Assembly: GCA_964633975.1 (NCBI GenBank)
Contig: CAZWKX010000003.1
Span: 20,765-84,764, forward strand
From: an uncultured Acidimicrobiia bacterium
GTDB taxonomy: Bacteria; Actinomycetota; Acidimicrobiia; Spongiisociales; UBA11373
Direction of reading: 5' to 3'
DNA length: 64,000 nt
A model generated the notes under the pieces. That model had not been told where the DNA came from. It did not search any database and worked only from the letters and a program-made list of their open reading frames with translations. Of the stretch, positions 8,267 to 18,828 are shown one piece after another. Position 1 is the first letter of the stretch, and the number at the start of each line of letters is the position of its first letter. The position numbers and the translations under genes are program-made.

Positions 8267-9244
8267 CTAGCTTGACGCGTCGCCGAGGCCCCCTGCCGTC
8301 TCGCTGATGAAGTAGAGGGGCCGTCGCGCCGCCTCGCGGTGGATCCTGGTCAGGTACTCGCCGATGGTGGCGAGCAGCCAGAACTGGATACCGAAAAAGA
8401 GGGACAGCAGCAGCATCTGGCTGGCCCACCCTGGCGCGCTGGTGCCGAGGATGCCCACGGCGAGGAAGTAGCCGAAGAGGGTGATGGCGGCGAGCATCGA
8501 GATCATGGCGACCCAGCGCATCACTCGGATGGGCAGCTCGGAGAAGCTGATGAAGGCGTCGTACATCGCCTTGATCATCCCGCCGAACTTCCATCCGGAG
8601 GTGCCGGCGACACGCTTTCTGCGGTCGTAGGGAACCTCCGCCTGGTCGAATCCGGTCCATGCCACTAGGGCGAAGGTGATGCGGTTGGTCTCGTCGAAGC
8701 GGCGCACCGCTTCGAGCACCTGCCGGTCCATCAAGAAGAAGCTGCCGGTGGTGAACTTCGACCCCTTGGGCATGGCATAGCGCCGCAGCAGCCCGTGGAA
8801 GAGCTTGCTGGCGGCGATGCGCCAGCGGGAATCGCGCCGGTCTACACGTTTCCCCCAGACGATCTTGGCCCCCTGCCGCCACTCCTCCACGAAGGAGAGC
8901 ACCGTTTGGGGAGGGTCCTGGAGGTCTGCCGCCAGTGTGACCACGGCGTTGGCGTCGGGGCCGACGTGGTCGAAGCCGGCGGCAAGAGCGGTGTGGGAGC
9001 CGAAGTTCCTCGAGAGGCGCACTCCGGTGAACCGCAGATCGCCGGCGCAGAGGCGCCGAATCACCTCCCAGCTGCCGTCGCTGCTGCCGTCGTCGACGAA
9101 CAGCACCGAAAAATCGGCTTCCGGGCGCTCGAGCAACGTCTCTCGCACCTCGGCCGCGTAGTCCTCGAGACCGTCCTCCTCGTTGAAGACGGGAGTCACA
9201 ACCGTGACTCGAGGCCGGTCTCCATTCGCGGATTCACCCATCAT
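8267..9244 (-). CDS. Family-2 glycosyltransferase (polyprenyl-phosphate sugar transferase-like, GtrB/DPM1 type) with C-terminal TM helices
   Basis: VTVVTPVFNEEDGL, LFVDDGSSDGS, LSRNFGSHTA and LAADLQDPP are typical GT2 signatures. There are two C-terminal TM segments. The chosen ATG at 9244 has GGAAGGA upstream and overlaps the upstream gene stop (ATGA). ATGs at 9256 and 9241 are alternatives. Confidence 0.8.
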   Translation of the reverse strand: MMGESANGDRPRVTVVTPVFNEEDGLEDYAAEVRETLLERPEADFSVLFVDDGSSDGSWEVIRRLCAGDLRFTGVRLSRNFGSHTALAAGFDHVGPDANAVVTLAADLQDPPQTVLSFVEEWRQGAKIVWGKRVDRRDSRWRIAASKLFHGLLRRYAMPKGSKFTTGSFFLMDRQVLEAVRRFDETNRITFALVAWTGFDQAEVPYDRRKRVAGTSGWKFGGMIKAMYDAFISFSELPIRVMRWVAMISMLAAITLFGYFLAVGILGTSAPGWASQMLLLSLFFGIQFWLLATIGEYLTRIHREAARRPLYFISETAGGLGDASS

Positions 9245-10020
9245 TCGTCCTTCCATACCTGGGACCGTCCTAGCAGATCCCGCAGACGCCGGTTCGGCTC
9301 CCGGTAGCGCCGGCGAAGCCCGGCCATCACCTGCGGCAGAGGATGGCCGCCCGATGACGGGTTCGCCACCCCTACCGACTCCACGTCCTGCGGACGGCTC
9401 GGCACCCCGATGAATCGATGGAGCCGCTCGGCGACGCGGCCTGCGGCGGTGGCGATGTCTTCGTAGCGCAGCACCAGGATGGCCTCGGGGCCGAACCGGG
9501 CGAAGTAGGGCTCGAGAAGCTCCGCATAGAGGCCTCTGGAGTAGTAGGCGTGGGGCCGGGCGAAGCGCAGATGCTCCGGGCAATTGGCCTCACGTTCCTC
9601 CTCGAGCGTCAAGGCCGTCTCGAAATCCTCCTCTTCGAGCCCGTTCATCTTCGACCACAGGTAGTTGGACCACGCTCTAGCGGCTGGCTCCCTCAGGATA
9701 AAGACGAGGCGGACGCCCGGGATGTGCTCCCGGAGGCGGGCCGCGGCCACGGGGCTCTCCAGATAGTTGGAGCTCTTCTCTCCGGCGACGGCGCCGGGTG
9801 GGACTTCGGAGAACCAGGTGTTGGAGTAGTAGTCGATGCCCTGGCGGTATGTCTCATCGACGAGGAAGAACTTCGGCTCGGGGCGCAGAGGCTTGGCCAT
9901 GAAGACGTCCGGATGTTTGTCCAGCAGCAGGTACAGCCAAGTCGTGCCCGAGCGAGGAGCCCCCCCGATCACAAAATCGGGGAGCCGCATGTTGGCGCCC
10001 GAGGCTGTCGGCGGCGTCAT
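9241..10020 (-). CDS. PAPS-dependent sulfotransferase family protein
   Basis: The 5'-PSB-like loop is VIGGAPRSGTTWLY and the 3'-PB-like motif is FILREPAARAWSNY. About 260 aa from the ATG at 10020. The long N-terminal extension in the ORF track is R/P-rich and was rejected. Confidence 0.75.
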   Translation of the reverse strand: MTPPTASGANMRLPDFVIGGAPRSGTTWLYLLLDKHPDVFMAKPLRPEPKFFLVDETYRQGIDYYSNTWFSEVPPGAVAGEKSSNYLESPVAAARLREHIPGVRLVFILREPAARAWSNYLWSKMNGLEEEDFETALTLEEEREANCPEHLRFARPHAYYSRGLYAELLEPYFARFGPEAILVLRYEDIATAAGRVAERLHRFIGVPSRPQDVESVGVANPSSGGHPLPQVMAGLRRRYREPNRRLRDLLGRSQVWKDE

Positions 10021-10236
10021 TGCGGGTTCACCCGATCTGCGGCACCAGGATCCGACTCTATGCCGCTCCATCCGCAGCGCCGAGCCGAGGTCCGGCGGCT
10101 TCGATGGGTGGATCGTCGCTCGCCTGCGAGACCGGGGAGCCGGCTGATCGAGATGGCGGTCTCCTTGGGCAGGTGACCGGCGAAAGATAACAGTGATCGG
10201 CCGGCGGCGGCCGGGGAGAGCGGTCTGCGGCTGGAG

Positions 10237-11580
10237 GTGCAAGAACCGGTGGCGGGGCTTCCTACACTGCCTCCCGGCGTGCTGCCGGCACGCCGCGACG
10301 GAGCGAGGCGTGTATTGGAGAGCGAACGGCAGGGCCGGGCCACAGCGTGGCGTGACTCCATCATCCTGGCGGTGGGGGCAGGCGTCAGCGGTCTGGCCGC
10401 CTACGTCTACATCGTCATCGGCACCCGATCCTTTGGTGACGACTTCGCCCCGGTCTCGGCGCTGTGGACCTTCTGGTTCATGAGTGCGGCGATCTTCACG
10501 TTCCCGGTCATGCACTGGGTGATTCGCACCATGGCGGCCGACGGCAGCGAGGGACGGGTGCAAAACGCCATCCCGTTGATCCTTGTTGCGGCCGTTGTCG
10601 TCTCGGCCCTCTTCGGTGGGGTTTCATGGTTTGCCCGCGAGCGTCTGTTCCATCAGGACGGCTTCGTCTTCCCGCTGTTGACGGCCAGCATCCCCTTCGG
10701 ATCAGTGGCAATGGGGCTTACCCGGGGAAGCCTCGCCGGGCGGGGACGTTTTATTGCCACCGCCGCCGCCATCGCCGGGGAGAACCTCATCCGAGTGACG
10801 GTGGCCGCGATTGTTGTGCCACTGGGCGGAGGCATCGAGGTGTTTGGGCTGGGCATCTTGCTCGGGTTCTTCGTCGCTCTGGGGTGGCCGTCGAGCATGG
10901 TGTTCCGGGGGGAGATGCCGGCTACTCGCGACATGCCACCGCTTGCTTTTGTCGGGACGGTGGCCGGGGGCACACTGCTGGCCCAGGTCGTGCTCGCCGG
11001 GGGGCCGGTGGTGCTGGCTGCACAAGAGGGGACAAGAGCCGAGATCAACGCGGTATTCAGCTCCCTCGCCATCTTCCGGGCGCCGTACATGGTGGCTACC
11101 GGCGTGGCAACCTATATCACCGGCACCCTGACCCGGCTGGTGATGGGTGGACAGCACGACAGGCTTCGAAAGCTGCGCTGGGCGACCGTTGCCGCCTGCG
11201 TCATCGGCATGCCGGCCGCCTGTGCCTTTGGCTGGTACGCCGGTCCCGGGTTCCTGAGGCTGGTGTTCGGCCCCGACATCGAGTTGTCGGGCGGTATGGT
11301 CGCCGTGGTCGCCGCCGGCAGCCTTGTTGCCCTTGCCGGGCTTTTCTACACGCTTGTGCTGGTGGCAGGAACCCGAGTCGCCGTCGTGCCCACGGCGTGG
11401 GGGGCAGCATTTGTTGTATGGGTTGTGTGGTCGCTCTTCGGTCCGGGAGACGCCGTGGTGCGTGTGGTGTGGGGGTTCTTTGTAGCCGAGGTCATCTCAC
11501 TGGCGATCATGATGGGCGCCCCGATCGAGGGGCTGCGTCATCCGAGCCAAGAGCCGTCTCCGGTGAAGCCCAAGACCTAG
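10237..11580 (+). CDS. Polytopic membrane protein, probably a MOP/Wzx-type polysaccharide flippase
   Basis: 447 aa ORF with at least 12 hydrophobic helices and no soluble domain, divergent from the GT2/sulfotransferase pair. The start is uncertain: GTG at 10237, or GTG at 10249 with GGAGG 11 nt upstream. Confidence 0.5.
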   Translation: MQEPVAGLPTLPPGVLPARRDGARRVLESERQGRATAWRDSIILAVGAGVSGLAAYVYIVIGTRSFGDDFAPVSALWTFWFMSAAIFTFPVMHWVIRTMAADGSEGRVQNAIPLILVAAVVVSALFGGVSWFARERLFHQDGFVFPLLTASIPFGSVAMGLTRGSLAGRGRFIATAAAIAGENLIRVTVAAIVVPLGGGIEVFGLGILLGFFVALGWPSSMVFRGEMPATRDMPPLAFVGTVAGGTLLAQVVLAGGPVVLAAQEGTRAEINAVFSSLAIFRAPYMVATGVATYITGTLTRLVMGGQHDRLRKLRWATVAACVIGMPAACAFGWYAGPGFLRLVFGPDIELSGGMVAVVAAGSLVALAGLFYTLVLVAGTRVAVVPTAWGAAFVVWVVWSLFGPGDAVVRVVWGFFVAEVISLAIMMGAPIEGLRHPSQEPSPVKPKT

Positions 11581-11605
11581 GAGTGTCGGTTCGGCGGCGC
11601 GGGGT

Positions 11606-13114
11606 TCAGTGCAGCAAATCGGGACGCAGCTCGGAGTCGATCCTCCTGCCGATCTCGACGGTGGACTCGACGAGCCCTTCGAGCGTGTCCGCCTCGGTGC
11701 GGAAGTTCACTATGCAGGTGCGCAGCACGAACCGGCCGTTCACCCGGGCGTTGGAGGGGAAGACCTTCCCGCCGAGCTGAAGATCGAGCAGCAGGCGCTC
11801 GTTCAGGTGATCCAGGTATTTCTCACGGCCCTCGCCGTGGGGAAGATCGACGGGAACGTAGCGAAAGCAGGTGATGGACAGCGTCGGCGTGCCGACGGCT
11901 TCCAGCTCGGGATGCTCCGACGCCAGGTGATGCAGGTACCCGGCCAGCTCCACGTCGTGGGCGATGCGGCGCTCGTAAGCGTCCCAGCCGTGCGCCAGCA
12001 GCGACACCCAGATCTTGAGGGCGGCGAAGTTGCGGGAGAAGTGCGGGCTCAGCGCGTACATATCTGTGCCCCAACCCGTGTACTCCGCATCGGTGTGGGT
12101 GTAGGCGGGGTCGACGGCGAACGCGTCGGCTAGATGCTGGGTATCGCGCACCAGGATGCAGGCTCCGACCAGCGGGGTATAGAGCCACTTGTGGGCGTCG
12201 AAGCCCACGGAGTCGGCCCTCTCGATGCCGGCGAAGAGCGGCGCCAGCGACGAGACCAGGGCGGCGGCGCCTCCGTAAGCGCCATCGACGTGGAGCCAGA
12301 GGCCTTGCTCCTCGCAGATGTCGGCGATCTCATCGAGCGGATCGATGGCGCCGGTCCCGACCGTGCCGGCGGATCCGACCACTGCGATGGGGCGCAGCCC
12401 GCCGTCGATGTCCTGGCGGATGGCTTGGCGCAGCGCCGGTACGTCCATGCGCAAACCCGCGTCGACGGCGATCTTGCGCAGGCCTTCATCCCCGATGCCG
12501 AGCATCTGTACGGCCCGGTCCACCGTGTCGTGCACCTCGGCCGAGGTGTAGACGACGAGCTGCGGTCCCGCCCTCACGCCCAGGGCGCGCACGTCCCAGC
12601 CGGCGCGGGCAGTCCGTGCCACGGTGAGGCCGATCATGTTGGCCATCGCCCCGCCGGAGGTGACGAATCCGGTGGCGCCTTCGGGTAGGCCGAGCCGGCC
12701 GGCGAACCAGCGCATCAGGAACTGCTCGATTTCCGATGCGGCCGGCGACAGGCGCCAGCCTCCGGTGTTCTGGTTCAGGGCTGCGGCGATGAGATCGGCG
12801 GCGGCGCCGGGCACGGTGCCGGCTCCGGAGATATAGCCGAGGAAGCCGGCGTGGCCGGGGTACATGGAGTGGCCGAATACCAGGTCGTCGAGTGCTGCCG
12901 CGAGCTGCCCGATCGGCGTGGGCTCGGAGGGGATGTCGAGGGCGAGAGCGGCTCGCACCTGTTCTGCACCGGCGCTGCGGGCCACCGGCAGGCCTTCCTC
13001 GAGACCTTCGAGCAGTCGGGTCCAGATGTCGAGCACGCGCTCACCCAGGTCGCGGGCCTGCCCAGGGCTCCAGGCCAGGTCGGGGACCGGCTCGGGTCGG
13101 CGATCGTAGGTCAC
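11606..13114 (-). CDS. Group II pyridoxal-phosphate-dependent amino-acid decarboxylase
   Basis: 502 aa. The PLP-lysine motif is SVGFDAHKWLYTP. TSGGAMANM and HVDGAYGG are typical of the aromatic-amino-acid/DABA/glutamate decarboxylase fold. GTG start at 13114. Confidence 0.85.
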   Translation of the reverse strand: MTYDRRPEPVPDLAWSPGQARDLGERVLDIWTRLLEGLEEGLPVARSAGAEQVRAALALDIPSEPTPIGQLAAALDDLVFGHSMYPGHAGFLGYISGAGTVPGAAADLIAAALNQNTGGWRLSPAASEIEQFLMRWFAGRLGLPEGATGFVTSGGAMANMIGLTVARTARAGWDVRALGVRAGPQLVVYTSAEVHDTVDRAVQMLGIGDEGLRKIAVDAGLRMDVPALRQAIRQDIDGGLRPIAVVGSAGTVGTGAIDPLDEIADICEEQGLWLHVDGAYGGAAALVSSLAPLFAGIERADSVGFDAHKWLYTPLVGACILVRDTQHLADAFAVDPAYTHTDAEYTGWGTDMYALSPHFSRNFAALKIWVSLLAHGWDAYERRIAHDVELAGYLHHLASEHPELEAVGTPTLSITCFRYVPVDLPHGEGREKYLDHLNERLLLDLQLGGKVFPSNARVNGRFVLRTCIVNFRTEADTLEGLVESTVEIGRRIDSELRPDLLH

Positions 13115-13163
13115 GGCGATCGATGCTACCGGCGGAGGCGCGCGGCCGGGCCAGAAGAGGGCC

Positions 13164-14186
13164 TCAATCGGGGGCCGCCACCCGGCCCAGCGCCTCGCCG
13201 TACACTTGGGCCACGCGGTCCCACAGGGTGTTGGCTTCGTGATCGATCTCCTGCCGGGACGGGTCGGCGTCGAACCAGGCGATTGTCTCCTTGATGCCGT
13301 CGGCGAACGGGACGGTGGCTCTGAAGTCGGGTACCAATGACCGCAGCTTGGAGTTGTCGAACACGGTGCTGTGCACCTTGTCGCCCCAGAGTGTTCCCTC
13401 GAGTGAGGGGTCGGCGGCGATGAGGGCTTCGGTGGGGACGTGGAGGATGTCGGGCCTCACTCCGGCCGCCGCGCCCACCAGCTCGTAGATCCGGTTCCAG
13501 GTGAGCACCTCGTCCGAGGTGATGTGGAAGTCCTCTCCGATCGCCGCCTCCCGGCCGAGCAGAGGTGTGAGCCCCTTGGCGAAGTCGCTGTTGTGGGTGA
13601 GGGTCCACAGGCTGGTGCCGTCGCCGGGCACGATGATCTTGGCCCCGCGGCGCATCCGGTCGATGATGGTGAACGGCTTTTCCCAGCTGCCCACGCACAC
13701 CGGGATTTGGCTGAGACCGTAGGTGAGCGACGGCCGCACGATCGTGGCCGGGAAACCGGTCCGCTCGTGGGCCTCTAGGGCCACCTGCTCGCAGGCGATC
13801 TTGTCCCGGGAGTACTGCCAGTACGCGTTGCCGAGGGGCGCGCCGGCCTCGGTGACGAGGTAGTGGGGCGGGGGCTTCTGGTAGGCAGTAGCCGAGCTGA
13901 TGAGCACGTAGTGGCCGCAATCTCGGTACAGGTCTACGTCGAGCGCCACCTGAGCGGGCCGGAAAGCCACCCATTGCACCACCGCATCGAACCGGAGTCC
14001 TGCCAAAGCGTCGGTGACGGAATCGCGGTCGCCCGCGTCCGCCACCAGTGGATGCACCTCGCCGGGGACCGGCTGCTTCTTAGTGATGCCGCGGTTGAGC
14101 ACCCACAATTCCTGTCCCGCCGCCAGGCCCTCGGTGACGCAGGCGGAGCTGATGAGCCCGGTTCCGCCGATGTGCAGCACCTTCAT
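13164..14186 (-). CDS. NAD-dependent epimerase/dehydratase (extended SDR)
   Basis: 340 aa. The N-terminal Rossmann motif is MKVLHIGGTGLIS. A YxxxK-like catalytic motif (YWQYSRDK) is present. Confidence 0.8.
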   Translation of the reverse strand: MKVLHIGGTGLISSACVTEGLAAGQELWVLNRGITKKQPVPGEVHPLVADAGDRDSVTDALAGLRFDAVVQWVAFRPAQVALDVDLYRDCGHYVLISSATAYQKPPPHYLVTEAGAPLGNAYWQYSRDKIACEQVALEAHERTGFPATIVRPSLTYGLSQIPVCVGSWEKPFTIIDRMRRGAKIIVPGDGTSLWTLTHNSDFAKGLTPLLGREAAIGEDFHITSDEVLTWNRIYELVGAAAGVRPDILHVPTEALIAADPSLEGTLWGDKVHSTVFDNSKLRSLVPDFRATVPFADGIKETIAWFDADPSRQEIDHEANTLWDRVAQVYGEALGRVAAPD

Positions 14187-14388
14187 GGGGACAACTCTAA
14201 GGGCTGGCAGAGCCGCAGGCAGCCGGGCGAGCAGACGGCGGGGACCGGGAGGGCGGACACTGCGGCGGCAGGAGGCCCGGCCATCGGCGCGTGGGCCTCG
14301 CCTTCCGGCAGCACGTCTTCACCACGGATAGTCGTGGCGGAGGTTGCGCTGAGGGCCCGCTTTTTCCCCTTGCCGAAGCTCGCTTCGC

Positions 14389-15051
14389 CTAGCAGTCGAG
14401 GATCGAAGGGTCGATTACCGGCATGCTCATCGGATCGGCGTCGACCATTCCGGTGGCCCCGTAGTTCGTGCCGGTGCCGGGGTAGATCTCGATCGAGGCG
14501 TAGAGGGTGCCCTCGGTGCCGGCGGGGATCGCCGTCACGTACGACACCACACCCTGGCAGACGTGCACACCCAGCGGGGGATCGGCGACGACCGGAGCTC
14601 CTTCACAGGAGCCACCGGGTGTTGGGGCGTTGCTGACATGCTCATAGGCCATGCTGGGCAGCATGATGGAGTTGCCCGGGCACAGGGGGCCCGTCTCCTC
14701 GAGGTCGAGCCCGTCGTACACCACTACGTAATTGGTGTCTGTTTGGTACCACTCCGCGGTGAGGCTTCCCAGGTCGAACGGCAGGTCGTCGTTGGTGGCC
14801 ACCCCGACCTCGTTGCCCCAGATGTAGCCGGAATCGATTACCGCCGTTATCGGGGTCTCCGGCAGTACCGGGGCTGCTGCCTCCGTGGTCATCGGCGCCT
14901 CGGTAGTCATCGGCGCCTCGGTGGTCGTTGGCGCCTCCGTAGTCGTAGTCTCGGCCACGGTCGTGGTGGCGCCACCGCCCCCGCCACAGGCGACGGCCAC
15001 GAGGCCGACGGCGAGAACCACGAGCAGCATGCGGGTAGTCGGCGTTTTCAT
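14389..15051 (-). CDS. Lipoprotein with Thr/Ala/Pro-rich repeat linker
   Basis: ATG at 15051 is preceded by AAGGAGGAGGGG. The signal plus lipobox is MLLVVLAVGLVAVACGGGG. The linker is TTTEAPTTTEAPMTTEAPMTTEAA. The Cys-containing C-terminal domain belongs to no family I recognise. Confidence 0.6.
   Translation of the reverse strand: MKTPTTRMLLVVLAVGLVAVACGGGGGATTTVAETTTTEAPTTTEAPMTTEAPMTTEAAAPVLPETPITAVIDSGYIWGNEVGVATNDDLPFDLGSLTAEWYQTDTNYVVVYDGLDLEETGPLCPGNSIMLPSMAYEHVSNAPTPGGSCEGAPVVADPPLGVHVCQGVVSYVTAIPAGTEGTLYASIEIYPGTGTNYGATGMVDADPMSMPVIDPSILDC
14888..14950. repeat. 18-bp tandem repeat (about 3.5 copies) encoding TTEAP(M/T)
   Basis: gtcatcggcgcctcggta / gtcatcggcgcctcggtg / gtcgttggcgcctccgta / gtcgtagtc, in frame within the lipoprotein gene. 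Confidence 0.7.
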
Positions 15052-15239
15052 CCCCTCCTCCTTGACACAGGTCGCTGTCTGATCGGAGAGGAAGTCTATT
15101 GAGGCTTGTGCGCTTGTGCGGGGCCGGCGGCGTGCCTCACCTGAGCCTTCGTTCTGCTCGAGCCTCCGGCCAATGCTCGAGATCCGGGTAACGCGCATAT
15201 TCGGCCCCCCAGGGGCCTGCGCTCACGGCCGGGGCTTGC

Positions 15240-16319
<1,080 letters not shown>

Positions 16320-16395
16320 GATCTCGAAGTGTACGAATCGGCCGTCTTTGTAGAGGCTGCCCGTCGGGGGCCGGGGCGAGACGCGTGTAGCCTCG

Positions 16396-17388
16396 GTGGC
16401 CTACGACCGCCAACGGCCGAGAGGACCTCTTGTGTACTCGACAGCAGGCTTCCTCCGCCGCAGGTTGCTACAGATGCTGGTCACGCTGTTGGTGGCCATC
16501 TTCGTGATGTTTCTATTCAGCCGGTTGCTGTCGGGCGACCCCATTCGCGGGATGTTCGGCTGGGCCCCTCCGCCTCCGGATGTGTACAACGCGCTGCGGA
16601 AGCGGTACGGGCTCGACAAGCCGTTCTTCGAGCAGTTCTTCGTCTACTTCAAGAACCTGCTGAGGGGTGACTTCGGGTACAGCCTCAGAGGAGACCCCAT
16701 CAGGGATCTGCTTCTCGGGGGCCTCCCCGTCTCACTGCGGCTGCTCGGCGTCGCTCTGCTCGCCCAGGTTGTGCTCGGCGTGTCGGCCGGTGTGGTGTCC
16801 GCGGTGCGCGGGTCATGCTTCACCCGGACACTGGTCCGTTTCGCTACCGTGGTGCTGGTCTCCATCCCCGTCTTCGTGGCCGCCTCGATGCTGCTGTCCA
16901 TGACCGGGTACCGCAACGCTCTGCTGCCTGTGGGGTGGTTCCTCGGCGGATGGCGCAGGTACATACTGCCCTCGCTGGCCCTGTCGGCTGCGGCCACCGC
17001 CTACGTTGTAAGGCTCCTCGAGGCGCAGCTCTCCGACGCCATGCGCGAGCCTTTCGTCAAGACCGCCTGGGCCAAGGGGTTGAGCCAGAGGCGAGTGGTG
17101 TGGGTTCACGCCATCCGGTTGGCGATGGGCCCGGTGACGACTCTGATCACGGCCAGCCTCTCGCAGCTCCTGATGGGCCTGATTTTTGTGGAGCTGGTGT
17201 TCGGCATTCACGGGCTGGGATGGATGGTCCACGAGGGCATCCGCGAGCGGGACTACAACCTCATGCTGGCGGCTCTCACCGTGGCCGTGATCATCATGAT
17301 CGTGGCCAGCTTCCTGGCCGACGTTCTGCAAGGGCTTCTCGATCCTCGCGTCAGACCGGGCAGGACCGCCAAACCGGCACCGTCCTAG
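16396..17388 (+). CDS. ABC transporter permease, Opp/Dpp (peptide/nickel) type
   Basis: 330 aa. The N-terminus LLRRRLLQMLVTLLVAIFVMFLFSRLLSGDP and the EAA-like loop (FVKTAWAKGLSQRRVVWVHAIRLA) are typical of DppB/OppB. GTG start. The 3' end overlaps the convergent metY stop by 4 nt. Confidence 0.8.
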   Translation: MAYDRQRPRGPLVYSTAGFLRRRLLQMLVTLLVAIFVMFLFSRLLSGDPIRGMFGWAPPPPDVYNALRKRYGLDKPFFEQFFVYFKNLLRGDFGYSLRGDPIRDLLLGGLPVSLRLLGVALLAQVVLGVSAGVVSAVRGSCFTRTLVRFATVVLVSIPVFVAASMLLSMTGYRNALLPVGWFLGGWRRYILPSLALSAAATAYVVRLLEAQLSDAMREPFVKTAWAKGLSQRRVVWVHAIRLAMGPVTTLITASLSQLLMGLIFVELVFGIHGLGWMVHEGIRERDYNLMLAALTVAVIIMIVASFLADVLQGLLDPRVRPGRTAKPAPS

Positions 17389-18662
17389 CCGCCGAGAGCC
17401 CGATCCAGGTCGGCGATGATGTCCTCGACGGTCTCGAGGCCCACGGAGATCCGGACCATTCCTTCGTCGATGCCGGCCCGTTGCCGATCTTTAGGCGGCA
17501 CCTGTTGATGGGTCGTGCTCGCCGGGTGGATGACCAAGGTCTTGGCGTCGCCGACGTTGGCCAGGTGGCTGCACAGCTCGACGCCCTCGATGAAGCGCAC
17601 CGCGGCGTCGAAGCCGCCGCTCAGCGCGAAGGTGAACACGGCCCCCGGGCCCGCCGGGAGGTATTGCTGGGCCAGCTTGGTGAACGGGTTGTCCTCGAAG
17701 ATAGGGTAGGCCACCCACGACACCGCCTCATGTCCGGCGAGGTACTCGGCGACGGCGCGTGCGTTGGCCACGTGCCGATCCATCCGCAGTGAGAGCGTCT
17801 CCAGCCCCAGCAGCAGGAGGTAGGAGTTGAAGGGCGACAGTGCCGCTCCTATGTCGCGCAGCAGCTCCACCCGCAGCCTGGTCAGGTAGGCGGACTCTGC
17901 AAACGTGTCCCAGAAGCGCATGTTGTGATAGGCGGGCGAGGGCTCGGTGAGCAGGGGAAACTTCCCGTTGTTGAACGGGAACCCGCCGCCGTCGACGACG
18001 ACGCCGGCTATGACCGTCCCGTGGCCGCTGATGAACTTGGTTGCCGAGTGCACCACGACGTCGGCGCCGTGCTCGATGGGCCGGCACAGATACGGTGTGG
18101 CGAAGGTGTTGTCCACTACGAGCGGGAGGCCGTTGTCGTGGGCGAGCCGGGCGACGGCGGCGATGTCCAGCACATCGGCGCGCGGGTTACCGATCGTCTC
18201 GGCGTACACGAGTTTGGTCTTGGGCGTGATGGCGGCGGCGACGGCGTCTAGATCATGGATGTCAACAAAGCTGACGTTGATGCCCAAACGTCTCAGGGTC
18301 ACGTCGAAGAGCGTGAAGGTGCCGCCGTAGAGCGACCTGGACGAGACGATCTCGTCGCCGGCCTGGCACAGGTTGAGCGCGGCGTAGAACTCGGCAGCCT
18401 GGCCCGAGGCCGTGGCCACTGCTCCCAGGCCTCCCTCGAGGCTGGCCATGCGGTCCTCGAAGGCCGCCGTGGTGGGATTCATGATGCGGGTGTAGATGTT
18501 GCCCGTCTTCTCCAGTGCGAAGAGGGCGGCGGCGTGTTCGGTGTCTTTGAACACGAACGACGTCGTGGCGTAGATGGGCATGGCCCGGGCTCCGGTAGCC
18601 GGGTCGGGGTGCTGTCCGGCGTGGATGGCCCGGGTGTCGAATCCCAGATTGTCCTTCTCCAT
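17385..18662 (-). CDS. metY: O-acetylhomoserine sulfhydrylase (aminocarboxypropyltransferase)
   Basis: Strong family signatures: GFDTRAIHAGQ, PIYATTSFVF, NPTTAAFE, SATKFISGHG (PLP Lys) and LANVGDAKTLVIHPASTTH. ATG at 18662 is preceded by AAGGGGGA. Confidence 0.9.
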   Translation of the reverse strand: MEKDNLGFDTRAIHAGQHPDPATGARAMPIYATTSFVFKDTEHAAALFALEKTGNIYTRIMNPTTAAFEDRMASLEGGLGAVATASGQAAEFYAALNLCQAGDEIVSSRSLYGGTFTLFDVTLRRLGINVSFVDIHDLDAVAAAITPKTKLVYAETIGNPRADVLDIAAVARLAHDNGLPLVVDNTFATPYLCRPIEHGADVVVHSATKFISGHGTVIAGVVVDGGGFPFNNGKFPLLTEPSPAYHNMRFWDTFAESAYLTRLRVELLRDIGAALSPFNSYLLLLGLETLSLRMDRHVANARAVAEYLAGHEAVSWVAYPIFEDNPFTKLAQQYLPAGPGAVFTFALSGGFDAAVRFIEGVELCSHLANVGDAKTLVIHPASTTHQQVPPKDRQRAGIDEGMVRISVGLETVEDIIADLDRALGG

Positions 18663-18710
18663 GGATCCCCCTTCGGGAGGCGGGCGAGTATAAAGGCTGA
18701 TCCCCCTCTT

Positions 18711-18828
18711 GCCGATCATACGGGCGCCAACGGCACCACCGGCGCGGAGTGATCTTGACCGATGTGGTGCAGACGTCTACCGTTGCACGCCATATGTTGG
18801 GTAGCAAGCAGATGCTCATGATGGCCGG
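18711..18828 (-). promoter_or_regulatory. Candidate SAM-responsive riboswitch (SAM-IV or SAM-I/IV-like) in the metY 5' leader
   Basis: The minus-strand RNA reads GGCCAUCAUGAG...GCAACGG...GCACCAC..GGUGGUGCCGUUGGCGCC..CGUAUGAUCGGC. A closing helix GCCAUCAU/AUGAUCGGC has the AUGAG, GCAAC and GGUGC elements in the order seen in SAM-I/IV cores. A possible SD-sequestering hairpin CCUCCC-gaa-GGGGG lies at the metY RBS. The helices I could draw do not clearly reproduce the published fold. Confidence 0.35.
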
